Assembly (NCBI GenBank): GCA_009783775.1 | Contig: WRCT01000001.1 | Coordinates: 1-48,567 of the forward strand | Direction of reading: 5' to 3' | Length of the DNA stretch: 48,567 nucleotides | From: Clostridiales bacterium | GTDB taxonomy: Bacteria; Bacillota; Clostridia; Christensenellales; CAG-138 | Shown here: positions 33,424 through 42,718 of the stretch, piece after piece | How positions within the stretch are numbered: position 1 is the first letter of the stretch | How the letters are laid out: each line of letters starts with the position of its first letter | Notes under the pieces: model-generated | What the model was told of the DNA's origin: nothing | Database searches by the model: none | Seen by the model: the letters and a program-made list of their open reading frames with translations, nothing else | Position numbers and translations under genes: made by a program

Positions 33424-35886
33424 TTACTCCAAAATGCGGCACGCCTGGGTCACCTCGTCGTCCAGCACGACGGGCACGAGCATGGTCCCTTTTCCCGCGC
33501 GCGCTTCGATGTGGATTTGCTCCGTGCCCAGCGTCGTCTGCGTGCCGTGGCGCTGGCTGATTTGGATCGAAAATGGCGTGGTGACGACGGCGGCGTAGAC
33601 CAGCCGCGTGCCGTTTAAGCCGTTTTTCTTAAAGTCAAAGGCCTTGAGCCCCTTGCCGTTGCGCCCCTGCAGCTCAAAATCAAAGAGGAAGGAGCGCTTG
33701 CCGAACCCACGGTCGGTCAAGCAAAGCAGTTCGCCCTCGTCCCCCGCCTGCGCCGCGAACAGGACCTTGTCGCCCGCGTCCAGTTTCATACCGTGCACGC
33801 CCGCCGCCGTTCTGCCGGTCGCCGGTACGGTCGCCGCGTCGAAACGAATGCCCATGCCCTTTTGCGTAAGCAGCAAAATAGGCGCGTCTGAGGCCGGAAT
33901 CATGGCGATCAGCTCGTCCTTGTCCTTGAGGGTCAGGGCGGCCGTGCGTTTGGCGCGCACGGAAAACTCCGCGGCGGCCGTGCGTTTGACCATGCCGTTC
34001 GCGGTGAATTGCAGATATTCTTCCGCTTTGCCCCCCTCTCCGAGGGAGGAAGGCAGCGAAGCTGACAGGGGGGCGCTTTCAGCAAATACCGCAACAACAC
34101 GCTCGTTCTTTTGGAACTCCACCAGCGACATCAGATTGGCGGCGCGGGCCGTGCTGCGTGTTTCGGGAATGTCGGAGACCTTCAGGCTCAGCATTTCGCC
34201 CAGATTCGTCACCAACCGCAGCTGGGCGTCGCTTTTGACGTGTAAGAGCTGCCAAGGCCCGTCCGCGCGCACCTGCGAGAGGTTCCACAGCCGCTCGGGG
34301 CAGCGGCGGACTTTATTGTCCGCACAGAGCGCGACGACCACGTCCTCCGCGAGCTCCCCTTCCTCGCGCGGCGTTTCGATATCTTTGTCTCCCGCCACCA
34401 GTTGCGTGCGGCGGGGCGTGGGGAACATCTCGCGAATCTCTAAAAGCTCGCGCCGGATGAGATTGAACAGCTTGCGTTCCGAGGCCAGAATCGCGGTCAG
34501 GTCGGCGATGCGTTTGACGACCTCGGCATACTCGCGCTCGATGGAGAGCAACTCTAAATTGGTCAGCCGCTGCAGGCGCAGATCGAGAATGGCCTGGGCC
34601 TGGATCTCGGACAGTTCAAACGTCTGACAGAGCCGCGCGCGCGCCTCCTTGGGCGAACGGCTGGCGCGGATCAAACGAATCACCTGGTCCACATGGTCGA
34701 CCGCGACCATAAGGCCCTCTAAAATATGCTCACGCCGCCGCGCGGTCTCCAGCTCGTATTGCGTGCGGCGCGTGACGACCTCGCGCTGGAAGGCGATGTA
34801 GGTCTTGAGGATTTGTTTGAGCGACAGCTGCTGCGGCCGCCCGCCCGCGATGGCGACATAGTTCGCGCCGAAGGTGCATTGCAGGTCGGAATACTTGAAC
34901 AGGTATTGCAGGATCTTCTCCGGATCGCCGTCCTTTTTCACCTCGATCACCGCGCGCATACCGTTGCGGTCGGACTCGTCCCGAATGTCCGCCACACCCG
35001 CGAAGAAGGCCTTTTTCTCCTGCGTGACGGCCAGAATATTTTCGAGCAGCCGCGCCTTGTTGACCTGATAGGGCAGCTCGGTGATCACGATCCGCGTCTT
35101 GCCGTTTTTCATCTCCTCGAAATGCGTGCGCGCGCGCATGGTCAGCTTGCCGCGGCCCGTCTCGTAGGACTTTTGGATCTCCTCCGACGCCAGCAGATAG
35201 CCGCCCGTGGGAAAGTCCGGCGCGGGCAAAATGGCCATGAGCTCGGAAAGTTTGATCTTCGGGTTTTCGATCATGGCGATGACCGCGTCGATCGCCTCGG
35301 TGGGATTGTGCGGCGGGATATTCGTCGCCAGGCCCACGGCAATGCCGCTCGCGCCGTTGACCAGCAGGTTGGGGAACCGCCCGGGCAGCACTTCGGGCTC
35401 CTTGAGCGTATCGTCAAAATTCCAGCCGAAGGGCACGGTGTCCTTGTCCAGATCGCGCAGCAGCAGCATGGCGGCAGGCGTCATGCGTGCCTCGGTATAA
35501 CGCATGGCGGCGGCGGTATCGCCGTCCATCGAGCCGAAGTTGCCGTGGCCGTCCACAAGCGGCAGGCTCATATTAAAGGGCTGCGCCATACGCACCATCG
35601 CGTCGTACACGGACGAATCGCCGTGCGGGTGATACTTGCCCAAACAGTCGCCCACAATGCGCGCGCTCTTGCGGTGGGGCTTGTCGGGCGTCAAGCCCAG
35701 CTCCAGCATGGAGAAGAGAATGCGCCGCTGCACGGGCTTTAACCCGTCCTCGACCCGCGGCAGCGCCCTTTCCAAAATAACATACTCCGCATAGGGCATG
35801 ACGGAGTTGTGCATCACCTCGTCCAAGCTCTTGAAGATGATGTTTTCGGTTAATGGCGTGTGATAGTTATTTGTGTTTCTCGGCAT
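33424..35886 (-). CDS. parC: type IIA topoisomerase subunit A (ParC-like; GyrA family)
   Basis: [14 protein letters not shown] ... [22 protein letters not shown] ... [10 protein letters not shown]. The PVQRR and GDSS signatures resemble ParC/GrlA more than GyrA. No GyrA box was seen at the start of the C-terminal domain. Confidence 0.8.
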   Translation of the reverse strand: MPRNTNNYHTPLTENIIFKSLDEVMHNSVMPYAEYVILERALPRVEDGLKPVQRRILFSMLELGLTPDKPHRKSARIVGDCLGKYHPHGDSSVYDAMVRMAQPFNMSLPLVDGHGNFGSMDGDTAAAMRYTEARMTPAAMLLLRDLDKDTVPFGWNFDDTLKEPEVLPGRFPNLLVNGASGIAVGLATNIPPHNPTEAIDAVIAMIENPKIKLSELMAILPAPDFPTGGYLLASEEIQKSYETGRGKLTMRARTHFEEMKNGKTRIVITELPYQVNKARLLENILAVTQEKKAFFAGVADIRDESDRNGMRAVIEVKKDGDPEKILQYLFKYSDLQCTFGANYVAIAGGRPQQLSLKQILKTYIAFQREVVTRRTQYELETARRREHILEGLMVAVDHVDQVIRLIRASRSPKEARARLCQTFELSEIQAQAILDLRLQRLTNLELLSIEREYAEVVKRIADLTAILASERKLFNLIRRELLEIREMFPTPRRTQLVAGDKDIETPREEGELAEDVVVALCADNKVRRCPERLWNLSQVRADGPWQLLHVKSDAQLRLVTNLGEMLSLKVSDIPETRSTARAANLMSLVEFQKNERVVAVFAESAPLSASLPSSLGEGGKAEEYLQFTANGMVKRTAAAEFSVRAKRTAALTLKDKDELIAMIPASDAPILLLTQKGMGIRFDAATVPATGRTAAGVHGMKLDAGDKVLFAAQAGDEGELLCLTDRGFGKRSFLFDFELQGRNGKGLKAFDFKKNGLNGTRLVYAAVVTTPFSIQISQRHGTQTTLGTEQIHIEARAGKGTMLVPVVLDDEVTQACRILE

Positions 35887-35911
35887 GGTTTACTCCAAAC
35901 TACATTGTTAT

Positions 35912-35938
35912 CGTCATTGCGGACTTGATCCGCAATCT
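35912..35938. repeat. REP-like hairpin unit
   Basis: CGTCATTGCGGA-cttga-TCCGCAATCT, between the inserted ORF and parC. Confidence 0.85.
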
Positions 35939-37496
35939 AATATAATCTCTCGTTTCGTCGTTTCGCTCTGTATATGATGAAGAGCCACAACACGCAAAAG
36001 ATAAGGGCGAAACCCAGGCCGCCGCTGTAACAAATTTTAATAATGAAAGGATCTAAAAGTATATCCAAATAAGGCTCACCCGCAAGGACACTGCCAAGGG
36101 CAGACATCGCGACCCAAAATACAGTTGCCCACACAAGTCCCATAGCAAGAAATGTCAACGCAAGTTTCCAGGCGTTCTTCCACGCGTTGCTTTTGAGACC
36201 GTATTGCGCCTTGTACTCCTTTGTCAACTGCTGTCCCGACAAAAGGCGATAGGCTTGCGCCAAATGCGGTTCAACCCCGGCTTTTGCGGTTTCGGCGGCC
36301 TCGGCGTACGCCTCCTTCGAATCTTGGGGACAGATTTCATAGGCGGGGTTTTTCACGCCGCACACCATGATATAATTCGCTCTGTGTTTTCCGATATGCT
36401 GACAGTCATAGGCCGTTAGCTCTTGAAACGGTATGCCCTGCACGGATTGATCTATATCTATCTCAATGGTACCGACGATAAGCCAAGCGGCAAACCGATA
36501 AAAGGAATTCTCCGCAAAGCTCAGAAGCTGCCCCGTGTTTTTTTCTGTCATTCGCCTGAAATGGGGATAGTCTCCCGAAAACCCATCTATGCGCAAGCGT
36601 TCCGTTACAAAGCTGCGAAAGTCGGAAATCAAGGCATCGATTTTCTCGCTGTCTGCCGGTTTGCGTGAATATTCACTGCACGCCTGCTCGAATTGGGAAA
36701 GCAGCCAATGCAAAACATATCTTCCTTCAAAGGTGGTGAGTTCCAACCTCGCGCGCCGCAAAGCGGAAAGGGTTTTCCGTGCATTGCCGTTTGTTTTATT
36801 GTCTTGATATCTGGATAGAGCGGAAAAGAACTTGTGTAGGAATTTGTCCCTGCCTTCTGTTTTCAGCCTTTGCGCCCATTCGTCAAGCTGTTCGGGGGAG
36901 ACCGCCATCTTTTCCGCATAACTCTTTACGGATATAATGGATTTATAAGAATATGCATTGTGAAGTTGACTGAGGCTTTGCGCGGCGGGGAAAAGCTGTT
37001 GTTCCTTTCCGTTTAGCGCGGCTGCCCCCATCATCTGCTGTTTTTCCATAAGCACCGCCGCCAACCAACTGACCGCTTGTAAGTTGGCTCTGTCCGCCGG
37101 AAATCGGTTGATGACACAATGGGTATAGTAATCGAACGGCGTGAATTGATAATCAACGCCGCGAAAGCGGACTTCCTGCTGTATGGTTGCCCGATCCTCT
37201 CCCTGTTCCCAACGGAGAAAGGATAGCTTGAATCCTTCCGGCAAGAGAGATAGCGCCGCGTCGCCAAGCCAATCCTCTTGCTCTCCCTCTATCGCCGGCT
37301 CACATTGTATGCCCAGTAGATTTAACTTGAGTTGTCCCCAAGTAAAATCACAAATAAGGGACGCCTCACCACTTTTGGGAAAAATGATTTTTGCTTCTGC
37401 GGCAAACAGAGGCCAATGCGCCCTTACCTCCGCAGGAAAGCGTTCAATCGCCCTTTGCTCGTCCTCTTGATGGGTTGACAGTATCGGGCTGCTCAT
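35937..37496 (-). CDS. hypothetical protein: ~430-aa soluble domain + three C-terminal TM helices, inserted between the topoisomerase subunit genes
   Basis: 519-aa ORF. Its ATG overlaps the parE TGA (ATGA). Hand-counted GC is about 40-57 percent per 60-nt line, against 67 percent in one neighbouring line. No family recognised. Confidence 0.7.
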   Translation of the reverse strand: MSSPILSTHQEDEQRAIERFPAEVRAHWPLFAAEAKIIFPKSGEASLICDFTWGQLKLNLLGIQCEPAIEGEQEDWLGDAALSLLPEGFKLSFLRWEQGEDRATIQQEVRFRGVDYQFTPFDYYTHCVINRFPADRANLQAVSWLAAVLMEKQQMMGAAALNGKEQQLFPAAQSLSQLHNAYSYKSIISVKSYAEKMAVSPEQLDEWAQRLKTEGRDKFLHKFFSALSRYQDNKTNGNARKTLSALRRARLELTTFEGRYVLHWLLSQFEQACSEYSRKPADSEKIDALISDFRSFVTERLRIDGFSGDYPHFRRMTEKNTGQLLSFAENSFYRFAAWLIVGTIEIDIDQSVQGIPFQELTAYDCQHIGKHRANYIMVCGVKNPAYEICPQDSKEAYAEAAETAKAGVEPHLAQAYRLLSGQQLTKEYKAQYGLKSNAWKNAWKLALTFLAMGLVWATVFWVAMSALGSVLAGEPYLDILLDPFIIKICYSGGLGFALIFCVLWLFIIYRAKRRNERLY

Positions 37497-39460
37497 CGAC
37501 TCATTTCCCCGTTTATGTCATCAAAAACCGTGTTCTCACGATTAAAGTTCGCGTATTCAAAGATGTACTCCTTGCGCGACTGGACCTTATCGCCCATTAA
37601 AACGGTCACGAGATATTCCACGTCCGCCGCGTCCTCGATGGTCACGCGGATCAGGCGCCGGTTTTCGGGGCTCATGGTCGTGTCCCAGAGCTGCTGCGGG
37701 CTCATCTCGCCCAGGCCCTTGAACCGCTGCAAATGGTAGTTCTTGCTCGCGCCGCGCATGGCCTTGGCCAGCGTTTTGTCGTCATAGCAATAGACGGGCT
37801 CGGCGCCGGATTTCGTGAACTTATACAGCGGCGCCATGCCGATATAGACATGACCTTCCGTGATGAGCGGCCGCATATAGCGGTAGAAGAAGGTAAGCAA
37901 AATCGCGCGGATATGCGCGCCGTCCTGGTCCGCGTCGGAGAGAATGATGATCTTGTCGTACTTGAGCGATCGGCTGTCAAAGTCCTCGCCGATGCCCGTG
38001 CCGACCGCCGTGATGATGGAACGGAACTCCTCGTTTTGCAGGACCTGCTCCAACCGCTTTTTCTCCACATTGAGCGGCTTGCCCCGCAGTGGCAGAATGG
38101 CCTGAAACCGCCGGTCGCGGCCCTGTTTCGCGCTGCCGCCCGCGCTGTCGCCCTCGACCAGGAACAGCTCGTTGACCGAGGCGTCCCGACCCGTGCAGCT
38201 GGAGAGCTTTCCCACCAGCGGCGCGTTTTCGAGCTTGTTTTTCTCGCGCGCCGTCTCGCGCGCCTTGCGTGCCGCCGCGCGTACCTTGGCGGCCTTGACC
38301 GCCTTTTCCGCGATCTTGTTGGCGATGTCCGCGTGGCGCAGGTCCTCCCAATAGGGGATGAGGGTCTGCTGTATCACCGCCTCCACAGCGGGGCGGGCCT
38401 CGGTGTTGCCCAGCTTGGTCTTGGTCTGACCCTCGAACTGCACATTGCGCATTTTGAGCGAGAGAATAGCGGTCATGCCCTCGCGGAAGTCCTCGCCCGC
38501 CAGCGACGCGTCCTTGTCTTTGAGTGCGCCCGCCTTGCGGCAGTAGTCGTTCATCACCTTGGTAAAGGCAGCCTTAAAGCCCGTCTCATGCGTGCCGCCC
38601 TCGGAGGTGGGCACGTTGTTCACATAGGAGAAAAGGTTGTCCGTATAGCTGTCGTTGTGCTGGAATGCGACCTCGACCTGTATGTCGCCGCTCGCGCCTT
38701 TCAGATAAATCGGCGGGTCGTAGAGGGCTGTGTTTTCGCCGCCCAAAAAGCGGACAAAGTCAGAGAGCCCGCCCTCGAAACGGTACTCGACGCGCTTGCC
38801 GTTCCCCCGCGCGCGGTTGTCTTCCAGCACCATTTTTACACCACGGTTGAGATAGGCCAGCTCGCGCAGGCGGCGGGAGATGGTGTCAAAATGCATTTCC
38901 AGCGTCTCGAACACGCGATCGTCGGGCAGGAAGGTCACGACCGTGCCCTGCTTGCGGCAGCGGCCCAGTTCGGTCAGCGGGCCCTTGGGCTGGCCCGCGT
39001 GGATCTTGCCGTCCGCGTCCTCCACGCTTTCAAATTCCTGGCGATAGGTGCGGTTTTCGTGATAGACCTCGACCGAGAGCCGGCGCGAGAGCGCGTTGAC
39101 CACGGACGCGCCGACGCCATGCAGGCCGCCCGAGTAGCCATAGGCCTCGTTGCCGAACTTGCCGCCCGCGTGCAGCTGGGTGAACACGACCTCCACGCCC
39201 GACACGCCGAGTTTTTCGTGAATGCCGACGGGAATGCCGCGCCCGTTGTCGGTGACCGTGACGGAGTTGTCGCGGTTTAAGGTGACGAGAATCTCATTCG
39301 CATAGCCGTTGGCGGCCTCGTCGATCGCGTTGTCGACGATCTCCCAAAGCAAATGGTGCAGGCCGCGCGGCCCGACCGAGCCAATGTACATACCGGGCCT
39401 GCGGCGAACGGCCTCAAGGCCCTCCATGACGGTGATATCTTTGACAGTGTAGTTGGACAT
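37493..39460 (-). CDS. parE: type IIA topoisomerase subunit B (ParE-like; GyrB family)
   Basis: GLEAVRRRPGMYIGS ... LHHLLWEIVDNAIDE ... GGLHGVGASVVNALS ... LVEGDSAGGSAKQGRDR ... PLRGK. 655 aa. Confidence 0.8.
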   Translation of the reverse strand: MSNYTVKDITVMEGLEAVRRRPGMYIGSVGPRGLHHLLWEIVDNAIDEAANGYANEILVTLNRDNSVTVTDNGRGIPVGIHEKLGVSGVEVVFTQLHAGGKFGNEAYGYSGGLHGVGASVVNALSRRLSVEVYHENRTYRQEFESVEDADGKIHAGQPKGPLTELGRCRKQGTVVTFLPDDRVFETLEMHFDTISRRLRELAYLNRGVKMVLEDNRARGNGKRVEYRFEGGLSDFVRFLGGENTALYDPPIYLKGASGDIQVEVAFQHNDSYTDNLFSYVNNVPTSEGGTHETGFKAAFTKVMNDYCRKAGALKDKDASLAGEDFREGMTAILSLKMRNVQFEGQTKTKLGNTEARPAVEAVIQQTLIPYWEDLRHADIANKIAEKAVKAAKVRAAARKARETAREKNKLENAPLVGKLSSCTGRDASVNELFLVEGDSAGGSAKQGRDRRFQAILPLRGKPLNVEKKRLEQVLQNEEFRSIITAVGTGIGEDFDSRSLKYDKIIILSDADQDGAHIRAILLTFFYRYMRPLITEGHVYIGMAPLYKFTKSGAEPVYCYDDKTLAKAMRGASKNYHLQRFKGLGEMSPQQLWDTTMSPENRRLIRVTIEDAADVEYLVTVLMGDKVQSRKEYIFEYANFNRENTVFDDINGEMSR

Positions 39461-39484
39461 TCTTTTTCTCCGAAGTTTTCAGCT

Positions 39485-39540
39485 GTAGGGCGGGGGCGGG
39501 CGTTCGCCGTTTGCCGCGTAGGGGCGAACTGTGTTCGCCC
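39485..39540. repeat. two GTAGGG(G)CG-family hairpins in direct orientation
   Basis: GTAGGGCGGGGGCG..CGCC and GTAGGGGCGAAC-tgtg-TTCGCCC, in the parE 5-prime region. Confidence 0.8.
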
Positions 39541-39732
39541 GCTTATTCCGGATAGATTATACCACAAGATGTAGTGTTTGCGTCCCTGCGTTGAGCCAGA
39601 TTTACTAATTGTTTACAAGGGGGGAAGACTGTCCTGAGCCGGACAGGGAATGAAGCGCAAAGATTTCAATATTTTAATCAGCAGTTAGTATGCACCTACT
39701 ACTTGAGCACATGCGGTTGTTGTTGCTTGACA

Positions 39733-39760
39733 ACAAAAGACCCGCGTGGCGCGGGTCTTC
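39733..39760 (-). terminator. intrinsic terminator after lysC
   Basis: Minus strand: AAGACCCGCG-cca-CGCGGGTCTT followed by TTTGTTGT. Confidence 0.75.
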
Positions 39761-39822
39761 AAAATCAAAACGCTTAAATTCTACAGCTCTTCCAGCTCCA
39801 CCAGCGCGCGCCGAATCCCTGG

Positions 39823-41136
39823 TTACGCGAAGGCCTTATAAATCGCCCGAATGGCGGTTTCAAAGTCCTTATCCTCTACGCCCACGATGATGTTCATCTC
39901 GGACGAGCCCTGGTCGATCACGCGGATGTTCACGTCGGCCCCATACAGCGCGGAAAACAGTCGGGCCGCGACGCCCTTGCTGCGGACCATGCCTTTGCCC
40001 ACTGTGGCGATCAGGGCCACGCCGGTCGAGATCTCGATCGGGCGGCGCACGTCGCACTCGCGCCGGATCTGATCTAAGACGGTTTCTAACTTGCCCTCCA
40101 GCTGGGCGTTGTGCACCACGAGCGACATGGTGTCAATGCCCGAGGGCACGTGCTCGAAGGTGATGTTGTTGCGCGCGATCACGCGCAGCAGGCGGTAGCC
40201 GAACCCGATCTCGTTGTGCATATTGTCCTTCGTGACGGTCAGGATCGTGAACCCTTTGCGTCCGGCGACACCGGTCAGCGGCCGCGTGTTCGTTTTGTCC
40301 GCTCTGGCGTCCGGCACGATCATGGTGCCGGCGACCTCGGGCTCGTTTGTGTTGCGCACCTGAATGGGGATCTTCGCTTTGCGCACGGGGAAGATCGCGT
40401 CCTCGTGCAGCACGGTCGCGCCCATGTAGCTCAGCTCGCGCAGCTCGGAATAGGTGACGGTGTCGATCACGCGCGGATTCTCCACAATGCGCGGGTCGGC
40501 CATCAAAAAACCCGACACGTCCGTCCAGTTCTCATACACGTCCGCGCGCACGGCCCGCGCGATGATCGCGCCCGTGATGTCGCTGCCGCCGCGGGAGAAG
40601 GTGCGGATCGAACCGTCGCGCTTGCGGCCATAAAAACCGGGCACCACGACGCCGCTGCGCCCCTCGAGCACGCTCGACCAAAGCTGCGTGGTCTCGTCGT
40701 CATAGGTGCCGTCGTCGTGGAAACAAATCAGCTCGTTCGCGTCCATGAAGGTCCAGCCCAAGAAGGCCGCGAGCAGAATGCCGTTCAGATACTCGCCCCG
40801 ACTGGCGGCGTAGTCCGCGCTGGCGTTGTTTTCAATGGCGCGGGCGATGGCGGTCAATTCCCGATCCATGCCGCAGCTGAGGCCCAAATCAGACTCGATC
40901 TCCAGATACCGCTCGCGGATCAAGTCAAAGGTCGGGCCAAAGTCCTCACCCGCCTGCCGTTTGCTTTGGCAGAGATACAACAGGTCGGTAATCTTCTCGT
41001 CGGCCGAAAACCGCTTGCCGGGCGCGCTGGGCACCACAAATTGGCGGCTCTTGTCCGCCTCGAGAATGGCCTTTACTTTATGAAATTGGTTGGCGTCGGC
41101 CAGTGAGCTTCCGCCGAATTTGGTCATGCGTAACAT
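39823..41136 (-). CDS. lysC: aspartate kinase
   Basis: TKFGGSSLAD ... VVPSAPGK ... FSRGGSDITGA, plus C-terminal ACT repeats. GGAG RBS. Confidence 0.9.
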   Translation of the reverse strand: MLRMTKFGGSSLADANQFHKVKAILEADKSRQFVVPSAPGKRFSADEKITDLLYLCQSKRQAGEDFGPTFDLIRERYLEIESDLGLSCGMDRELTAIARAIENNASADYAASRGEYLNGILLAAFLGWTFMDANELICFHDDGTYDDETTQLWSSVLEGRSGVVVPGFYGRKRDGSIRTFSRGGSDITGAIIARAVRADVYENWTDVSGFLMADPRIVENPRVIDTVTYSELRELSYMGATVLHEDAIFPVRKAKIPIQVRNTNEPEVAGTMIVPDARADKTNTRPLTGVAGRKGFTILTVTKDNMHNEIGFGYRLLRVIARNNITFEHVPSGIDTMSLVVHNAQLEGKLETVLDQIRRECDVRRPIEISTGVALIATVGKGMVRSKGVAARLFSALYGADVNIRVIDQGSSEMNIIVGVEDKDFETAIRAIYKAFA

Positions 41137-41181
41137 AAATTTCTACTCCAAAGGGATATAGCTATACCCCCCACTTTCTAT

Positions 41182-41210
41182 ATTCTACGCCAATCATTAA
41201 CAAATGTCAA
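41182..41210 (-). promoter_or_regulatory. sigma-A type promoter for lysC
   Basis: Minus strand: TTGACA, 17-nt spacer, TAGAAT. The leader is too short for an L-box. Confidence 0.7.
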
Positions 41211-41270
41211 CACTTTTTTGAAAAATAATTTTTTTGAACATTTGTAAGGTCGCGTGAACGGTTGTAATAC

Positions 41271-42584
41271 TTATCCTTCAATCGAACGGCACTCCAGGTA
41301 ATAGCGTTTCTCGTTCGCTTCGCCCATGGAGAAGGTCTTGCGCGGCAGTGCGCCGTCGACCACCACGGTGCGGAAGAACTCGTCCTTGCGCATGGCGGGC
41401 AAGGTGAACCCGATCGCCCCGCCGCGCGCGGCCAGCTTTTCCACCACATCCGCGCCGTGGATATAGTCCACCTCACTGCCCGACAGCTCGGGCAGCAGCG
41501 CGTCGATCGCGTTCTGCAAGGTGCCGACCGCCAATTGCTGCGTTGGCGCCGTTACAACGAACGCGCCGGATTCTTTATCCGTTACAAACGGCAGGACGTG
41601 ACTGTAGGGGCCGACGCCCCCGGCGGCCCGTTGGATTTCGCAACCGCCATTTTGTTCCGCTAATTTTGCCTGTAAGCGGGGGACGATGTCGTCGGTGTTT
41701 ACCCCAAAGAGCACACGGTGAATGGGCTCGAACACAATGCCCTTATCGTGCACGTTTTCGACTTCGACCAGCGCCCAGCGGGCGGGGTGCGTTTCGCGCT
41801 GCTCGGCGGACAGTCCCTGCTTGATCTGTTCCCAGTTGGCCTTTGCCGTGGCGAAACTGTGGTTGCCGTCGCCCATCGCAAAGAGCATGGGCGGCCGGTC
41901 GCCGTATTTTTCGGCGAAGGCGGCGGGGTCGTCAAGCGCGGTCAATGCGTCCAGCACGTTTTGAATCTTCGCGGGATCGTCCACCAGCCAGCCGGTCACG
42001 TGCCCGCCGTCCATCATCAGGTCGGCGTCATACAGCTGAGACAGGTCGGCCGCGTCCGCGTAAAGCGGCTCGATCACGGTCCGGTCCGGATCGTCGATCA
42101 ATACCAATATATGCGGCAGCTCGACGGTCGCGCCTGCGCGGATACGCAGTCGGGGCGGAATGCGGTCGACGATCGTGCCCTCGGTGGCGCGGATTAAAGT
42201 CGTCGACCCCTTGCTGTAGTCGTATTCCTCCAGGTCCAGCGCCAACACCAGGCCCAAGCGAGTATTGCCCGCCGCCTCGCGCCGCACCAGCACAAAGCCC
42301 TGCGGCTGCTTGCAAAGCACGCCGTTTGCCACAAAGCCGCGCATATTGGCGCGGATCGCCGCAATCCGTTCGTCCTCGTCGGGTTTGCCCAAATAGGCCT
42401 CGGGCAGGAAGATGTCCAGCGTGGAAGGGGAGTCGCCGATGAACGCGCGCGCCGCCTCCCAGTACTCGGGCTCTGCGGTGAACTGGTCGCAAGCGACGAC
42501 GGCCCATTTGGAAACGTCGATCTCGGGCGCGGGCAGCAGCACTTCGGGCACCAGCACGCCGACACGATTGGAATAAGAATTCAT
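41271..42584 (-). CDS. DUF1015-family protein
   Basis: 437 aa. WAVVACDQFT ... LIRATEGTIVDRIPPRLRIR ... resembles the DUF1015/COG4198 pattern (from memory). Confidence 0.7.
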   Translation of the reverse strand: MNSYSNRVGVLVPEVLLPAPEIDVSKWAVVACDQFTAEPEYWEAARAFIGDSPSTLDIFLPEAYLGKPDEDERIAAIRANMRGFVANGVLCKQPQGFVLVRREAAGNTRLGLVLALDLEEYDYSKGSTTLIRATEGTIVDRIPPRLRIRAGATVELPHILVLIDDPDRTVIEPLYADAADLSQLYDADLMMDGGHVTGWLVDDPAKIQNVLDALTALDDPAAFAEKYGDRPPMLFAMGDGNHSFATAKANWEQIKQGLSAEQRETHPARWALVEVENVHDKGIVFEPIHRVLFGVNTDDIVPRLQAKLAEQNGGCEIQRAAGGVGPYSHVLPFVTDKESGAFVVTAPTQQLAVGTLQNAIDALLPELSGSEVDYIHGADVVEKLAARGGAIGFTLPAMRKDEFFRTVVVDGALPRKTFSMGEANEKRYYLECRSIEG

Positions 42585-42632
42585 TTAACACCTACTTATG
42601 CAGCATTTATACATTGTATATATATTTGAAAC

Positions 42633-42661
42633 ATTATAGAGGAGTCTTCCCATAAAAGCAA
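42633..42661 (-). promoter_or_regulatory. sigma-A type promoter for the DUF1015 gene
   Basis: Minus strand: TTGCTT, 17-nt spacer, TATAAT. Confidence 0.6.
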
Positions 42662-42718
42662 TAGGAAGTTCAGATAATTTACAGTTTTTATCACTGAATA
42701 TTTTTTCAGCAGTTCGTA

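Noticed and set aside
33424-39460. Naming the topoisomerase pair gyrB/gyrA.
   Set aside because: The A subunit has PVQRR and GDSS signatures and no evident GyrA box, and the locus is not next to dnaA/dnaN/recF. ParE/ParC-like naming is therefore preferred. The assignment is from memory of motifs only and could be wrong.
41137-41270. A lysine (L-box) riboswitch upstream of lysC.
   Set aside because: The predicted promoter (TTGACA-17-TAGAAT) leaves only a ~40-nt leader. That is far too short for an L-box, and no L-box motifs were seen.
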